Virus record (IMG/VR): IMGVR_UViG_3300044940_000380 | Span: 1-59,474 of that record | DNA from: a virus | Lineage: Duplodnaviria; Caudoviricetes | Reading direction: 5' to 3' (one strand) | DNA length: 59,474 nt | Shown: positions 9,814 to 20,009 of the stretch, piece by piece | Layout of the letters: the number at the start of each line of letters is the position of its first letter | Position numbering within the stretch: the first letter of the stretch is position 1 | Program-made: the position numbers and the translations under genes | The notes under the pieces: model-generated | Told to the model about the DNA's origin: nothing | The model's input: only the letters and a program-made list of their open reading frames with translations | The model's database searches: none

Positions 9814-10687
9814 TTTATTGCAATATATTTTAGAAAAAGGCGTAGATTGTAAAGATCGAACTGGTATAGGAACAAGATCAATCTTCGGTTATCAAATGAG
9901 ATTTAACTTGAAAGATGGATTTCCTGCAGTGACTACAAAAAAACTTGCATGGAAAGCCGTTGTTGGTGAATTGTTATGGATGCTTGAAGGAAGCACGGAT
10001 GAAAGAAGACTTGCAGAACTTACTTATGGAAAACCTAGAACAGATTTAATAGGAAAAAGTACAATCTGGACTGCAAATGCAGATTTTCAAGGTAAAAAAT
10101 TGGGATATGAAAATAATGATCTTAAAAAAGAATTAGGACCGGTTTATGGTGCTCAATGGAGAAGATTTAATTGTTGTGATAATCCAAATTTTGGTAAAGA
10201 TCAAATAGAATATGTTTTAACTGAACTTAAAAATAATCCAGATTCTAGAAGAATTGTTATTTCTGCTTGGAATCCAATGACTTTGGAGAAACAAGCACTT
10301 CCACCCTGTCATTACGCGTTTCAATTATCATGTAAAGAAGGAAAATTAAGTGGAATGTTAACACAGAGAAGTGGAGATGCAGCTCTTGGTATACCTTTTA
10401 ATATTGCTTCATATTCTTTGTTGATTCACATACTAGCTCGTGAAGTTGAACTTGAAGTTGGTGATTTTATTCATGTAATTGGCGATGCTCATATATATAA
10501 TAATCATATAGATAAAGTAAAAGAACAGTTGACAAGAGAACATTATCCTCTACCACGTTTAAAAATCGATGAAAGTTTTGATCTTTCATATGGACTTAAA
10601 AATGGATTTAAGTTAACAGATTGCAGTTTATTTACACTCGAAAATTATAGATGTCATCCAATGATAAAGATGGATATGGCGGTGTAA
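9797..10687 (+). CDS. td: Thymidylate synthase
   Basis: DRTGIGT, ELLWML, LGPVYGAQWR, SRR, ALPPCH, QRSGD..LGIPFN, DAHIY. Confidence 0.97.
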   Translation: MKQYHDLLQYILEKGVDCKDRTGIGTRSIFGYQMRFNLKDGFPAVTTKKLAWKAVVGELLWMLEGSTDERRLAELTYGKPRTDLIGKSTIWTANADFQGKKLGYENNDLKKELGPVYGAQWRRFNCCDNPNFGKDQIEYVLTELKNNPDSRRIVISAWNPMTLEKQALPPCHYAFQLSCKEGKLSGMLTQRSGDAALGIPFNIASYSLLIHILAREVELEVGDFIHVIGDAHIYNNHIDKVKEQLTREHYPLPRLKIDESFDLSYGLKNGFKLTDCSLFTLENYRCHPMIKMDMAV

Positions 10688-10708
10688 AATTTTTGTAACG
10701 CTTGAAAC

Positions 10709-10754
10709 AGACCATATATTGAATTTCTATAGTTATAAATACTACATATTGACA
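10709..10754 (+). promoter_or_regulatory. Two tandem NrdR-box-like sites overlapping late promoter TATAAATA (10734-10741)
   Basis: agaCCATATATTGaat and ataCTACATATTGaca, 30 bp apart, directly upstream of the RNR gene. Confidence 0.5.
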
Positions 10755-10857
10755 CAAGTGCTTTAAATCAATCTACACGAAAAAAATATATAATCCCTAT
10801 TAAAGGGATGTGAAAATATTTTCACATTTTAATAGAGAAATAAAAGAGGAGACTAAA

Positions 10858-13101
10858 ATGCTTGATAACGTAATTCATTTCAATGGAGATCGTGATACTC
10901 GAAACATGATGGCTGATGCAAAATTCTTTGAAAGCTATTCACGCTGGAATGAAACAAAAAATAGATATGAAACTTGGGACGAAGCCGTAGAACGTGTCAT
11001 GAATATGCATAGAAATTTTTACAAAAATAAAATGACACCAGAGCTTTCAGCTCTTATTGATGAAGTAGAAGATATGTATAAAAAGAAATATTTTCTTGGA
11101 GCACAAAGAGCCTTGCAATTTGGAGGTGAACAGCTCATTAAACATCAAATGAGATTATATAATTGTACTAGTACTTATGCCGATCGCCCGGAATTTTTTG
11201 GTGAATTCTTTTATATTCTTTTGTGTGGTGCTGGTGCAGGCGTTTCAATTCAAAAACATCATGTAAATAAATTACCAGGCATACAGAATAGAACAAAAAG
11301 AGCAAAGATTCACCATGTAACTGATGATATAGAAGGATGGGCCACAGCTGCCGATGTATTACTTTCTTCATATTTTGTTGGCGGAGGTAAGCACCCAGAA
11401 TATGAAGGTAATAGAGTTTATTTTGATACTTCTGCTATAAGAGAAAAAGGAGCAATGATTTCTGGTGGATTTAAAGCACCGGGTCCAGAACCTCTGCGTA
11501 GAGCATTAGATAAAATTGAATACTTACTACAAGGTTTAGTTTTGAAAGGTGTAACTAAACTTTCTCCAATTCATGTGTATGATATATGTATGCATCTTGC
11601 TGATGCTGTTCTTGCCGGCGGTGTTCGTCGTTCTGCAACTATTTTTCTATTTTCTCCAGACGACGAAGAAATGATGAAAGCAAAAACTGGAAATTGGTTC
11701 ATTGAAAATCCACAAAGAGCCAGATCAAATAATTCCGCTTTGTTAGTCAGATCTGAAGTTACTCGAGAACAATTTTCTAAATTGATGTCTTATGTCAAAG
11801 AATATGGTGAGCCAGGATTTGTTTTTGCGGAAAATACAGAAATTACTGTGAATCCTTGTGTTGAAATAGGTAAATATCCTGTATATATTGATGAAAATGG
11901 AAATAAACATTCTGGTTGGCAAGGATGCAATCTCACAGAAATTAATGGTGCTATGGCAAATACAGAAAAAGAATTTCTTGCTGCTTGCCGAGGCGCCGCT
12001 ATTCTTGGTACTTTACAAGCTGGTTATACAGATTTTAAATTCATCAATCCTGTCTCTAAAAAGATATTTGAACGAGAAGCACTTTTAGGTGTTTCTATTA
12101 CTGGATGGATGAATAATCCTCATATTCTTTTGCAACCGGAAATTCTTCAAAGAGGAGCAACTCTAATTCGTGAAGTTAATAGATATGTTGCAAAATTGAT
12201 TGGTATCAATCCTGCTGCAAGAACAACATGTTGCAAACCTTCAGGAAATGCATCTGTACTTTTAAAGACCTCTTCGGGTGTACATGGTGAACATGCTCCT
12301 ATGTATATTCGTAATATGCAAATGAATAAAGAATCAGAGGTTGCACAACTCATAAAAGCTACAAATCCTTATATGGTTGAAGAATCTGTTTGGTCTCAAA
12401 ATAAAACCGATTATGTAATTTCATTTCCAATTATTGCACCTAAAACATCAATTTGGAAAAAAGATCTTTATGGTGTAAATCTTCTTGAAAAAGTTAAACT
12501 TATTCAACAAAATTGGGTTGAATATGGTACTGATGTATCTCTTTGTGTTGATCCTACAGTTCGTCATAATGTTTCAAATACTGTTGATGTTCTTCCGAAT
12601 CAATGGGATGAAGTAGAAGAATATCTATTTGATAATAGACAGTATTTTGCTGGAGTAAGTTTGCTTTCTTCTACTGGAGATAAAGATTATGCACAGGCAC
12701 CGTTTACTGCAATAGAAACAGAAGAAGAAATTGTTAAAAAATATGGTCGCGGTGCAATGTTTGCTTCTGGATTGATTGTTGATGGAATTAAGATTTTTGA
12801 TGATCTTTGGTCTGCAATCATGATAGCAAATTTCGGTGATAATCAAGGAAGTCAAGAAAAAGCTGATATACGCGCAGATTGGATAAGAAGATTTGCTAAA
12901 TATGCAGATACATATTTTAAAGGTGATCGAAAAAAAGCAGAATATTGCTTAAAGTCTGTTTATCTTCTTCATAAATGGTCAAAAATTCAACAAAATTATA
13001 AGGAAATTGATTTTGCGCATCAACTTGAGTCCAAAAAGTTTACCGATATTGATACGACCGGTGCCGTTGCTTGTTCGGGTCCTTTAGGATGTCAAATATA
13101 A
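10858..13101 (+). CDS. nrdJ: Ribonucleotide reductase, class II (NrdJ/RTPR-like)
   Basis: YNC, GGVRRSA, NPCVEI, CNLTEIN, KPSG and C-terminal Cys pair; no nrdB adjacent; GAGGAG RBS before ATG 10858. Confidence 0.75.
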   Translation: MLDNVIHFNGDRDTRNMMADAKFFESYSRWNETKNRYETWDEAVERVMNMHRNFYKNKMTPELSALIDEVEDMYKKKYFLGAQRALQFGGEQLIKHQMRLYNCTSTYADRPEFFGEFFYILLCGAGAGVSIQKHHVNKLPGIQNRTKRAKIHHVTDDIEGWATAADVLLSSYFVGGGKHPEYEGNRVYFDTSAIREKGAMISGGFKAPGPEPLRRALDKIEYLLQGLVLKGVTKLSPIHVYDICMHLADAVLAGGVRRSATIFLFSPDDEEMMKAKTGNWFIENPQRARSNNSALLVRSEVTREQFSKLMSYVKEYGEPGFVFAENTEITVNPCVEIGKYPVYIDENGNKHSGWQGCNLTEINGAMANTEKEFLAACRGAAILGTLQAGYTDFKFINPVSKKIFEREALLGVSITGWMNNPHILLQPEILQRGATLIREVNRYVAKLIGINPAARTTCCKPSGNASVLLKTSSGVHGEHAPMYIRNMQMNKESEVAQLIKATNPYMVEESVWSQNKTDYVISFPIIAPKTSIWKKDLYGVNLLEKVKLIQQNWVEYGTDVSLCVDPTVRHNVSNTVDVLPNQWDEVEEYLFDNRQYFAGVSLLSSTGDKDYAQAPFTAIETEEEIVKKYGRGAMFASGLIVDGIKIFDDLWSAIMIANFGDNQGSQEKADIRADWIRRFAKYADTYFKGDRKKAEYCLKSVYLLHKWSKIQQNYKEIDFAHQLESKKFTDIDTTGAVACSGPLGCQI

Positions 13102-13128
13102 AAAAAGAGGGGTTTAACCCCTCTTTTT
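13100..13128 (+). terminator. Intrinsic terminator
   Basis: AAAAAGAGGGG-tttaa-CCCCTCTTTTT. Confidence 0.85.
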
Positions 13129-13312
13129 AGTTTACAAAAATGATGATTTCGTTTTTTTTCTAATTAAAAAGAAATTCTTTAAAAAAGAAAAATGATAAAA
13201 AAATTATTGAATATTTGTAAAAGACTATAATATTTACAAGAAAATTTTTGTTGTTGACATTTATTTTGAAGATGTTATTATAATAATTGTTCATTTTTTA
13301 AAAGGAAAAAAT

Positions 13313-13630
13313 ATGAATTCACTAGAAGAAAAGCTTTATTCATGTGAGTCTCTTTCGGTTGAACTTGCTCAAGAAGCTTTGCAGCAAATTCAAGAATTAA
13401 AAAAAGAACTTGAAAAAACAAAAGCAATTATTGAACTCTATCAAAGAGAAAGAGAAAGATTTCGTCATAGTAAACCAGAAATTACAGGAGAATATTTTAT
13501 TGCTGGAGGATATGGTGAAGTTGATGAAAATCTTCTTCCACAATTTATTCGTATTTGTCCTGCATATGGAGCAAATTGGGAACAAGTTTATCAAAAAACA
13601 GACAAAATAATTTCTTATGAAGGAAGTTGA
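13313..13630 (+). CDS. Hypothetical protein
   Basis: AAAGGA RBS, TTGACA promoter at 13254. Confidence 0.7.
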   Translation: MNSLEEKLYSCESLSVELAQEALQQIQELKKELEKTKAIIELYQRERERFRHSKPEITGEYFIAGGYGEVDENLLPQFIRICPAYGANWEQVYQKTDKIISYEGS

Positions 13631-13652
13631 TTTTTAATATAGGAGATCTTTT

Positions 13653-14381
13653 ATGAAAATTCGAATTGATCGGCCCAAAAAATGGTTTGGGCCATATCAA
13701 CTTGCTCAGGTTATTATGTTCTGGGTTCCTAAAGAAAAGGACGAATATGGTTTTCTTCACACTGCAGAACGAGTTCATAAATTTGGCGAATGGCTTGCAC
13801 ACGGATCTATCGAAAGCGATTTTGAAGTAGGTGAAATTCGAGTTTTTAATGAAAAACGACCAGAAACTTGGCTCTATCGCTTTCTTAAGTGGATTGATAA
13901 AAAGAGGAAACGTAAAGTAAAAGTTCATATCGATTATTGGGATACGAGGAATATGGATGAAACTTTAAGTTTCATTATTCTTCCTATGCTCAAGCAATTA
14001 AAGAAAAATAAAAATTATATACCAGCAGTTGATGATGAAGATGTTCCTGAAAGTCTTCGAAAAACATCCACGATTTCTATTGCTGACGAACAAAACAACA
14101 TTGAAGATGATAATTATATCAATCGTTGGAATTGGATTCTTGACGAAATGATTTTTGCCTTTGAAACAAAAACCGGTTCTCTTGTGAACTGGAGGAATCA
14201 ATTTACAAAAGGCGAAAGTGAATTTTTATTGAAAAAAATTGATGAAGAAGGAACATATGAAATTATAAAAAGTCCTAACTATACAGAAGAAACAAATTTG
14301 GAAGAACTTGAGAAATATTCAGCTCGTATTCAAAATGGATTCCGTTTGTTTGGAAAATATTATCAATTTTTGCGAGAATAA
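13653..14381 (+). CDS. Conserved phage hypothetical protein
   Basis: AGGAGA RBS; RWNWILDEMIFAFE and GFRLFGKYY pattern. Confidence 0.75.
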   Translation: MKIRIDRPKKWFGPYQLAQVIMFWVPKEKDEYGFLHTAERVHKFGEWLAHGSIESDFEVGEIRVFNEKRPETWLYRFLKWIDKKRKRKVKVHIDYWDTRNMDETLSFIILPMLKQLKKNKNYIPAVDDEDVPESLRKTSTISIADEQNNIEDDNYINRWNWILDEMIFAFETKTGSLVNWRNQFTKGESEFLLKKIDEEGTYEIIKSPNYTEETNLEELEKYSARIQNGFRLFGKYYQFLRE

Positions 14382-14467
14382 AAATTGCACACTCACTAAA
14401 AAATTTAATAAAATATAAATTTATAAAAACAAATAATTTTTTTCAAAAAAGTTTAAATGTTTTTGTA

Positions 14468-14496
14468 TTGACATTCATACAAAAACAATATATATT
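14468..14496 (+). promoter_or_regulatory. Sigma70-like early promoter
   Basis: TTGACA-N17-TATATT. Confidence 0.7.
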
Positions 14497-14525
14497 GATT
14501 ATGAAATAAATGAAAGGAGCAATAA

Positions 14526-14750
14526 ATGCTGAATAACTATGCAATCGAAGTTTTTAAAGTTGGAGGAGAAGCTTTACTTGCTCTTGCAAATAAAGAATTC
14601 AAAAAAGGGTTTTTTATCGTAGCTCGTACACCCGAGTATATCGTTCTTGGAGATAATGAAAAAAATGTAAAATTCGATTTAGGTAGTAAAATTCGTATTT
14701 CTGAAAAATATATCTTTGATAAAAGACAAAATCTTGAAAGAAAACGATAA
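14526..14750 (+). CDS. Hypothetical protein
   Basis: AAAGGAG RBS; promoter before and terminator after. Confidence 0.75.
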   Translation: MLNNYAIEVFKVGGEALLALANKEFKKGFFIVARTPEYIVLGDNEKNVKFDLGSKIRISEKYIFDKRQNLERKR

Positions 14751-14779
14751 TAGCTAGGATATTTCCTAGCTATTTTTTT
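14748..14779 (+). terminator. Intrinsic terminator
   Basis: AATAGCTAGGA-tatt-TCCTAGCTATT followed by T run. Confidence 0.8.
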
Positions 14780-14868
14780 AATAATAAATATATATGATAA
14801 TTCATATTAATTAATTCATCACAATTGACAATAATAAACCAAAATTAATTAAAGGGGGGTATATTATT

Positions 14869-15135
14869 TTGGAAGTCTTATTTAATGGAAAATATTACAA
14901 TACAAAATATATACCTTTCTTTCGTGTTAAGAAAATGAAAGATTATCATATATTTGCTATTAGATATCCATCCGGAAGAATAGAAAAATTTGCCATAGTT
15001 AATACAAAGAATCCAATTCCTGAATTAAAAAGATATTTAGAATTCTTGATTCAAGAATATTTATTAGAAGAAAAAGATGCTCTTACACCGTTTGGGCAAA
15101 AGCTTAAGGAAGATGTTCATGAACTTTTCGAATAA
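14869..15135 (+). CDS. Hypothetical protein
   Basis: ORF with upstream G-rich RBS. Confidence 0.6.
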   Translation: MEVLFNGKYYNTKYIPFFRVKKMKDYHIFAIRYPSGRIEKFAIVNTKNPIPELKRYLEFLIQEYLLEEKDALTPFGQKLKEDVHELFE

Positions 15136-15280
15136 TAAAAATGATATTGTAGAAGAATTTATTGAACATTTTGGTGGTTTGAAAAATATTCCAAATCCTG
15201 ATCAATATCCTATTAGATTTGCTTTTTTTGTAAAATCTTTTAAATATTTTAAAATGATGCAAGAAAAGAATATGAAATAA
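15113..15280 (+). CDS. Small hypothetical protein
   Basis: AAGGAAG RBS; IPNPDQYP..F pattern. Confidence 0.55.
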   Translation: MFMNFSNNKNDIVEEFIEHFGGLKNIPNPDQYPIRFAFFVKSFKYFKMMQEKNMK

Positions 15281-15418
15281 TTAACTTAGATCACAATTAG
15301 TTTTATACAAGATTTATCTTAAAGAAAACGTTCAATGTTTTTAATATGATCATTTGTTGACTAAGATTACTTATCAAAGATAATGTTTTGTTCAAAGTAA
15401 CATATAAGGGAAAAAAGA

Positions 15419-15835
15419 ATGAAAATCACTAAAGTTTTTTGGTTTATTTTAGGAATAATTTTATTGGGAATAGCTTATATTGGTTTTATAGTACCTGGTA
15501 TTCCTTGGAGCACTCCAGCCGTTGGAGCTGCTTTTTGTTTTGCAAAATCTAGTGATCGAATGCATAGATGGATATATAATCACAAAATTTTCGGACCTTT
15601 CTTGAATAATTGGAAAGAAAAAAGAATATTCCCAACAAAAGCTAAATATTTAATGGTAGTAACCATGTTAATGTCCTTGATCATAACTTGGTTTACGACT
15701 AAAAATATTATTTTAATTCTATTTGTTTCTATACTTATGATTATTTGTATTATTTGGGGATGGAGATATCCTGGTTCTGAAGAAGAGTATGAAAGACGTG
15801 TAAGAGAAGGAAAAAAGATAGCATGGTTGAAATAA
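15419..15835 (+). CDS. ybaN: YbaN/DUF454 family inner-membrane protein
   Basis: LGIAYIGFIVPGIP, FCFAKSS.RMHRW..HKIFGP..NW. Confidence 0.85.
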   Translation: MKITKVFWFILGIILLGIAYIGFIVPGIPWSTPAVGAAFCFAKSSDRMHRWIYNHKIFGPFLNNWKEKRIFPTKAKYLMVVTMLMSLIITWFTTKNIILILFVSILMIICIIWGWRYPGSEEEYERRVREGKKIAWLK

Positions 15836-15941
15836 TTTTATTTATGATATAAATTAATTATTTTACATGTTTATATTGATCATATGAATCAATAGAATAT
15901 AAATTTAAATTAGTTACAGTTTTGTGTCAATAAAAAGGTAA

Positions 15942-16637
15942 GTGATTATGAGAAATTCTAAAAAAATCGATCTTACAGAAATATTTGGAAATGGAATAAA
16001 ACAGGATGATAGACAATTTCATAAACAAATGGTTAACATCCATGAATTTTATTTGTCAGGTGAAATAGGGCCACCTGAAGAATATATTCAATGGTTTGAT
16101 ACAATACGTCATGCTGGAGAAACAGACGTCATAAAAATATACATTAATTCTCCTGGAGGTGATGTTTTTACTGCAATACAATTTATGCGCGTTCTTCAAG
16201 AAACTGCAGCAAATGTAGTAATTTCTGTAGAAGGTATTTGTGCTTCTGCAGCAACTATGATCATGCTTTGCGGTGATTCTTTTGAAATTTCAGATCATTC
16301 TATGTTTATGTGTCACAATTATTCTGGTTTAACATTTGGTAAAGGTGGAGAAATGCTTGATCAATTACAACATGAGCGTAAATGGTCAGAAAAATTGTTG
16401 CGTAATGTATATAAAGATTTTCTTACTGAAGCTGAAATTACTTCAGTTCTTGAAAATAAAGATATATGGATGGACGGAGAAGAAGTTGTAAAAAGACTGC
16501 GTGCTCGACAAGAAAAAATCGAAGCAGAAATAAATTTTCAACAAGAAAAAGAAGAAACTGAAGAAACAAAAGCAGATAATATAAAAAAATCAAATAGTAA
16601 AAAAACTGCAAATCGTTTGACAAAAAAATTTAAATGA
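15942..16637 (+). CDS. ClpP-like (S14) protease
   Basis: IYINSPGGDV, GICASAAT (catalytic Ser), FMCH, DIWM. Confidence 0.85.
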   Translation: MIMRNSKKIDLTEIFGNGIKQDDRQFHKQMVNIHEFYLSGEIGPPEEYIQWFDTIRHAGETDVIKIYINSPGGDVFTAIQFMRVLQETAANVVISVEGICASAATMIMLCGDSFEISDHSMFMCHNYSGLTFGKGGEMLDQLQHERKWSEKLLRNVYKDFLTEAEITSVLENKDIWMDGEEVVKRLRARQEKIEAEINFQQEKEETEETKADNIKKSNSKKTANRLTKKFK

Positions 16638-16649
16638 AATGAGGTTTAG

Positions 16650-17186
16650 ATGATGACAAAATATGTGAATATTTTTGGTGGTCCTGGAACTGGTAAATCC
16701 ACGTTAGCCGCCGAACTTTTTGTTACTATGAAAAAATCTAATCATAATGTTGAAATTGTAACAGAAGTTGCAAAAGATTTTGTTTGGGAAGGTAAATCAA
16801 CTGCATTTATAGCTCAACCTTATATCACAATTAAACAATTTTATAATTTAGCTCGATTGAAAAATAAAGTTGATTATGTTATCACGGATGCACCCATTCT
16901 TCTTGGTTGTGTTTATGCAGATAAATATGCTCCAAATCTTCCAACATCTTATAAGCAACTGATTGTAGATCTTCACAATCAAGAATTAAACCCTTCTATC
17001 AATATAGTTCTTCAAAGAGCTTTTTCATACGATAAAAGAGGTAGATATCAGTCAAAACAAGAGGTACACGAAATCGATGTAGCAATTGTGAATATGTTAG
17101 TAAATAATAATATTTGCTGGAGACCGATAAATCCTAAATTCACTTCAGTTGAATTTTTGGTTGATCTTATAACAAAAATGAGTTGA
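16650..17186 (+). CDS. P-loop kinase/ATPase, NadR-like
   Basis: GGPGTGKST, VTEVAK, VITD.P, GRYQ. Confidence 0.75.
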   Translation: MMTKYVNIFGGPGTGKSTLAAELFVTMKKSNHNVEIVTEVAKDFVWEGKSTAFIAQPYITIKQFYNLARLKNKVDYVITDAPILLGCVYADKYAPNLPTSYKQLIVDLHNQELNPSINIVLQRAFSYDKRGRYQSKQEVHEIDVAIVNMLVNNNICWRPINPKFTSVEFLVDLITKMS

Positions 17187-17248
17187 CAAACATATTTTAA
17201 AATTATAAAATATTACTATAAATTGTTCTCAAAATATGAGACGATCAA

Positions 17249-17692
17249 ATGGATTATATTAACAAATTCAAGCCTTTTCTTACACCATATGAAATGCTTG
17301 AATTGGGTGTTTTTGATGGTTCATATTTTAGTGAATACTCAGATTTTAAATATACACCTGTTGTAAGGAAAAAGAATTTATTTGCTTCTTGTGTTTCTTC
17401 ATCAAAGGAAGAATGGATTAGAAACGGTTGGATCACAAAAGAAGATCCTCTTGGTTGGTTTCAGTGGTATGTTCGTTTTTGGCATGGGCGTCGTATTGAA
17501 GACGTAGATAAATTTCAGATTGGGCGCTGGTGTTCCTTTGTTGCTCGTCATAGCGCTCAAGTGAAAAAACATGGAAATGGTGATGTGAAAAAAAGACTTC
17601 GACAGAGACAATGTCTGATTCATTGGGCTGCAGATCCAATTCCAGATATTGAAATTGAAAACAAGATTTCTTATCTGAAATCCTTGAAATGA
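17249..17692 (+). CDS. Conserved hypothetical protein
   Basis: LTPYEMLELGVF.G.YF, DPLGWFQWY..GRR..D..QI.RW, RQ.L.HW conserved-looking motifs. Confidence 0.7.
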   Translation: MDYINKFKPFLTPYEMLELGVFDGSYFSEYSDFKYTPVVRKKNLFASCVSSSKEEWIRNGWITKEDPLGWFQWYVRFWHGRRIEDVDKFQIGRWCSFVARHSAQVKKHGNGDVKKRLRQRQCLIHWAADPIPDIEIENKISYLKSLK

Positions 17693-17770
17693 ATCAGATA
17701 ACAGAAATATAAGATTGAATAAATTTTTTTAAACATGTATTTAACTAAACTTAGACACGGAGTAATTTTC

Positions 17771-17893
17771 ATGTCATTAGTTCAAGAATTAGAAGCACTT
17801 ATTAAAAGAACAGGCTCATATCAAGATCGTTTACTTTTAATAAAAGTTCTAGAAGTACTCAAAAAGAATAATTATGCGTGTATTTGGAGTTAG
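17771..17893 (+). CDS. Small protein (40 aa) absent from ORF track
   Basis: GGAG RBS; MSLVQELEALIKRTG... Confidence 0.5.
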   Translation: MSLVQELEALIKRTGSYQDRLLLIKVLEVLKKNNYACIWS

Positions 17894-17964
17894 AATATTT
17901 TACTATTGACATTCATCTACATATTATGTATATATGATATATCCAATACGGAGGAAAATTAAAT

Positions 17965-18114
17965 ATGAAATCCACACCAAAGCGTTTCAAGTTTGAATTC
18001 AAAACTGAACAGGGAGCAGAGGGATTTGCTTCTTGCAAGAAGCGTGAACCCTTTGTTTCGGATGTTGTAGTGAAAGGTAATATTGTTTATTGGACAGAAG
18101 AAACTACCGATTGA
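17965..18114 (+). CDS. Small protein (49 aa) absent from ORF track
   Basis: TTGACA promoter at 17906, GGAGG RBS; MKSTPKRFKFEF... Confidence 0.7.
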   Translation: MKSTPKRFKFEFKTEQGAEGFASCKKREPFVSDVVVKGNIVYWTEETTD

Positions 18115-18200
18115 CAATATATTTTAGATAGTATATATTGATTCTGTAAGGTAATTAAGTTACCTTACAGAATCTTTCAAACACAAGAGGTAAAATAATA

Positions 18201-18434
18201 ATGGCCGATTTCATCCACATCTGTGTTCTCGCCGAAAGTCCCGATAAACCCCTTGCAGTTACTTCGGCGGAAGTCGGAAAACAGATGTTTATAAAATCGT
18301 CTTATGGTCCTGATGTTAAGTTTGTAAAGGAAGTTGGGTTGGGATTCTGGTCGGTTTGGAAGGATAATAAAAAAATTGGCTGGATTAACCTGTCTCGTAT
18401 TGTTGATGAAAAGTTTGCAGGTATCGAAAGTTGA
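18201..18434 (+). CDS. Hypothetical protein
   Basis: Promoter 18111-18139 (TTGACA-N17-TATATT), GAGG RBS. Confidence 0.7.
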   Translation: MADFIHICVLAESPDKPLAVTSAEVGKQMFIKSSYGPDVKFVKEVGLGFWSVWKDNKKIGWINLSRIVDEKFAGIES

Positions 18435-18460
18435 CATTTAAATTAAACCATTAATATATA

Positions 18461-18498
18461 GATTTTCCTACGTCATTATTTGACGTAGGAAATTTTTT
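18461..18498 (+). terminator. Intrinsic terminator
   Basis: TTTCCTACGTCA-ttatt-TGACGTAGGAAA followed by T run. Confidence 0.75.
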
Positions 18499-18518
18499 AA
18501 ATTAGAAAACAATCAAAT

Positions 18519-19007
18519 ATGCCTAATCTTACTGTTCTCGTTGGTCTTCCTGGTTCAGGTAAATCATCTTCTATTTCAAATGGTTTTTCGGGTTTTATTT
18601 ATAGCACAGATCGTTATATTGATGAAATTGCTGCTAAAACTGGTTTGACTTATGATGAAGTTTTTAATGATCATATCAAGAATGCTACTTTTGTGATGAA
18701 TCGTATACTTTCTGAGGCCATTGCATCGAATACTGATGTCATTTGGGATCAAACAAATTTGAATTCAAAAAAACGCCAGAAAATTCTTTCTCTCTTTCCA
18801 AAGAATTATAAGAAAATTTGTATTTGTCGAGTTCCTCCTCGAAACGAAGAGGAATTCACTGAACTGAAACGAAGAATTGCTTCACGTGAAGGAAAAAATA
18901 TTCCTTATTATGTAATTCAGTCTATGATCAATTCTTATGTCGAGCCGACTTACAAAGAAGGATTTGATGAAATTTATATTTACGATATCTATGGAAACAC
19001 ACTTTAA
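18519..19007 (+). CDS. Polynucleotide kinase-like P-loop protein (PseT kinase domain only)
   Basis: LVGLPGSGKSS, STD, WDQTNL..R, EGFDEI. Confidence 0.75.
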   Translation: MPNLTVLVGLPGSGKSSSISNGFSGFIYSTDRYIDEIAAKTGLTYDEVFNDHIKNATFVMNRILSEAIASNTDVIWDQTNLNSKKRQKILSLFPKNYKKICICRVPPRNEEEFTELKRRIASREGKNIPYYVIQSMINSYVEPTYKEGFDEIYIYDIYGNTL

Positions 19008-19138
19008 AATAGATTTAATGACAAACAAAAAGTAAATTTTAAAATAATATGATTTAATATAAGTATAGAATTTTATTTAAAAAAAATTATTACATGAAAT
19101 AAATTAATAAAAAATTACTGTATAATGGAATTAAGTTA

Positions 19139-19354
19139 ATGACCAATCATACTCAACACATTCAACGTAAAATTCGACAGCTAGCATTTCTTCGTGCTCA
19201 ATATGCAAATACTCTTTTTAATGAATGTTCTGTTGATCAAAACAAAGAATATGAGTTGATTTATAATAAATGGCAGAATGGATATATTACTTCTCATAAT
19301 ATTCAAAACGAAATCGATGAATATCTTAAACTCATAAAAGCCACTCAAAACTAA
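19139..19354 (+). CDS. Hypothetical protein
   Basis: Co-oriented ORF. Confidence 0.55.
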   Translation: MTNHTQHIQRKIRQLAFLRAQYANTLFNECSVDQNKEYELIYNKWQNGYITSHNIQNEIDEYLKLIKATQN

Positions 19355-19366
19355 AGGAGCTTCATC

Positions 19367-19795
19367 ATGTCTACACATAGCAATATTGGTATTTTAAATC
19401 AAGACGAAAGTGTCACATCAATTTACTGTCATTTTGACGGTTATTTAGATGGCGTTGGTCGTATACTTTTTGAACATTACAAAGATGAAACAAAAATTCG
19501 TCAATTAATGGATTTAGGAGACATTAGTTCTCTTGGTCCTGAAATTGGAAATAAAGTAGATCGTACTTCATATGATTTAGATGATCAACAATGTATTGCT
19601 TATGGCCGAGATTACGGTGAAAAAAATTGTGAATCACAAAATTACATCTCTGAAAAAGAATATCTTAAAAATGCAAATGATTTTGCATACCTGTTCAAAA
19701 ATGGTGCTTGGTATGTTAGTATTAGAAAATCAAACTTCTATTTATTAGAATCCATGTTAAAAAAGTATATACGAAATAAAATAAAAAATGATTAA
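19367..19795 (+). CDS. Conserved phage hypothetical protein
   Basis: MST.S.IG..SIYCHFDGY..GVG..L, GDISSL, YGRD.GE; AAGGAG RBS. Confidence 0.8.
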   Translation: MSTHSNIGILNQDESVTSIYCHFDGYLDGVGRILFEHYKDETKIRQLMDLGDISSLGPEIGNKVDRTSYDLDDQQCIAYGRDYGEKNCESQNYISEKEYLKNANDFAYLFKNGAWYVSIRKSNFYLLESMLKKYIRNKIKND

Positions 19796-20009
19796 AAACA
19801 AAAATAATTTTATGAGTTGAATCGTAAAAGACACTAAAATTTATAATTCATTCATTAATAAAATATATTGTGAATGTTTTGATATATCATGATTCTTTGT
19901 GTATAAACTTTTTGAATTTTTTGTTTCAATTAAGTATATTGTTGACATTTTCTTTTGAATAGTATATTTTATTTTTTATCAAAAATCGATCAGATAAGGA
20001 TCATATATT

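Noticed and set aside
16650-17186. NAD-reconstitution (anti-NAD-depletion) pathway
   Set aside because: Only a NadR-like kinase is visible; no Nampt-like or PRPP-synthetase-like partner in this window
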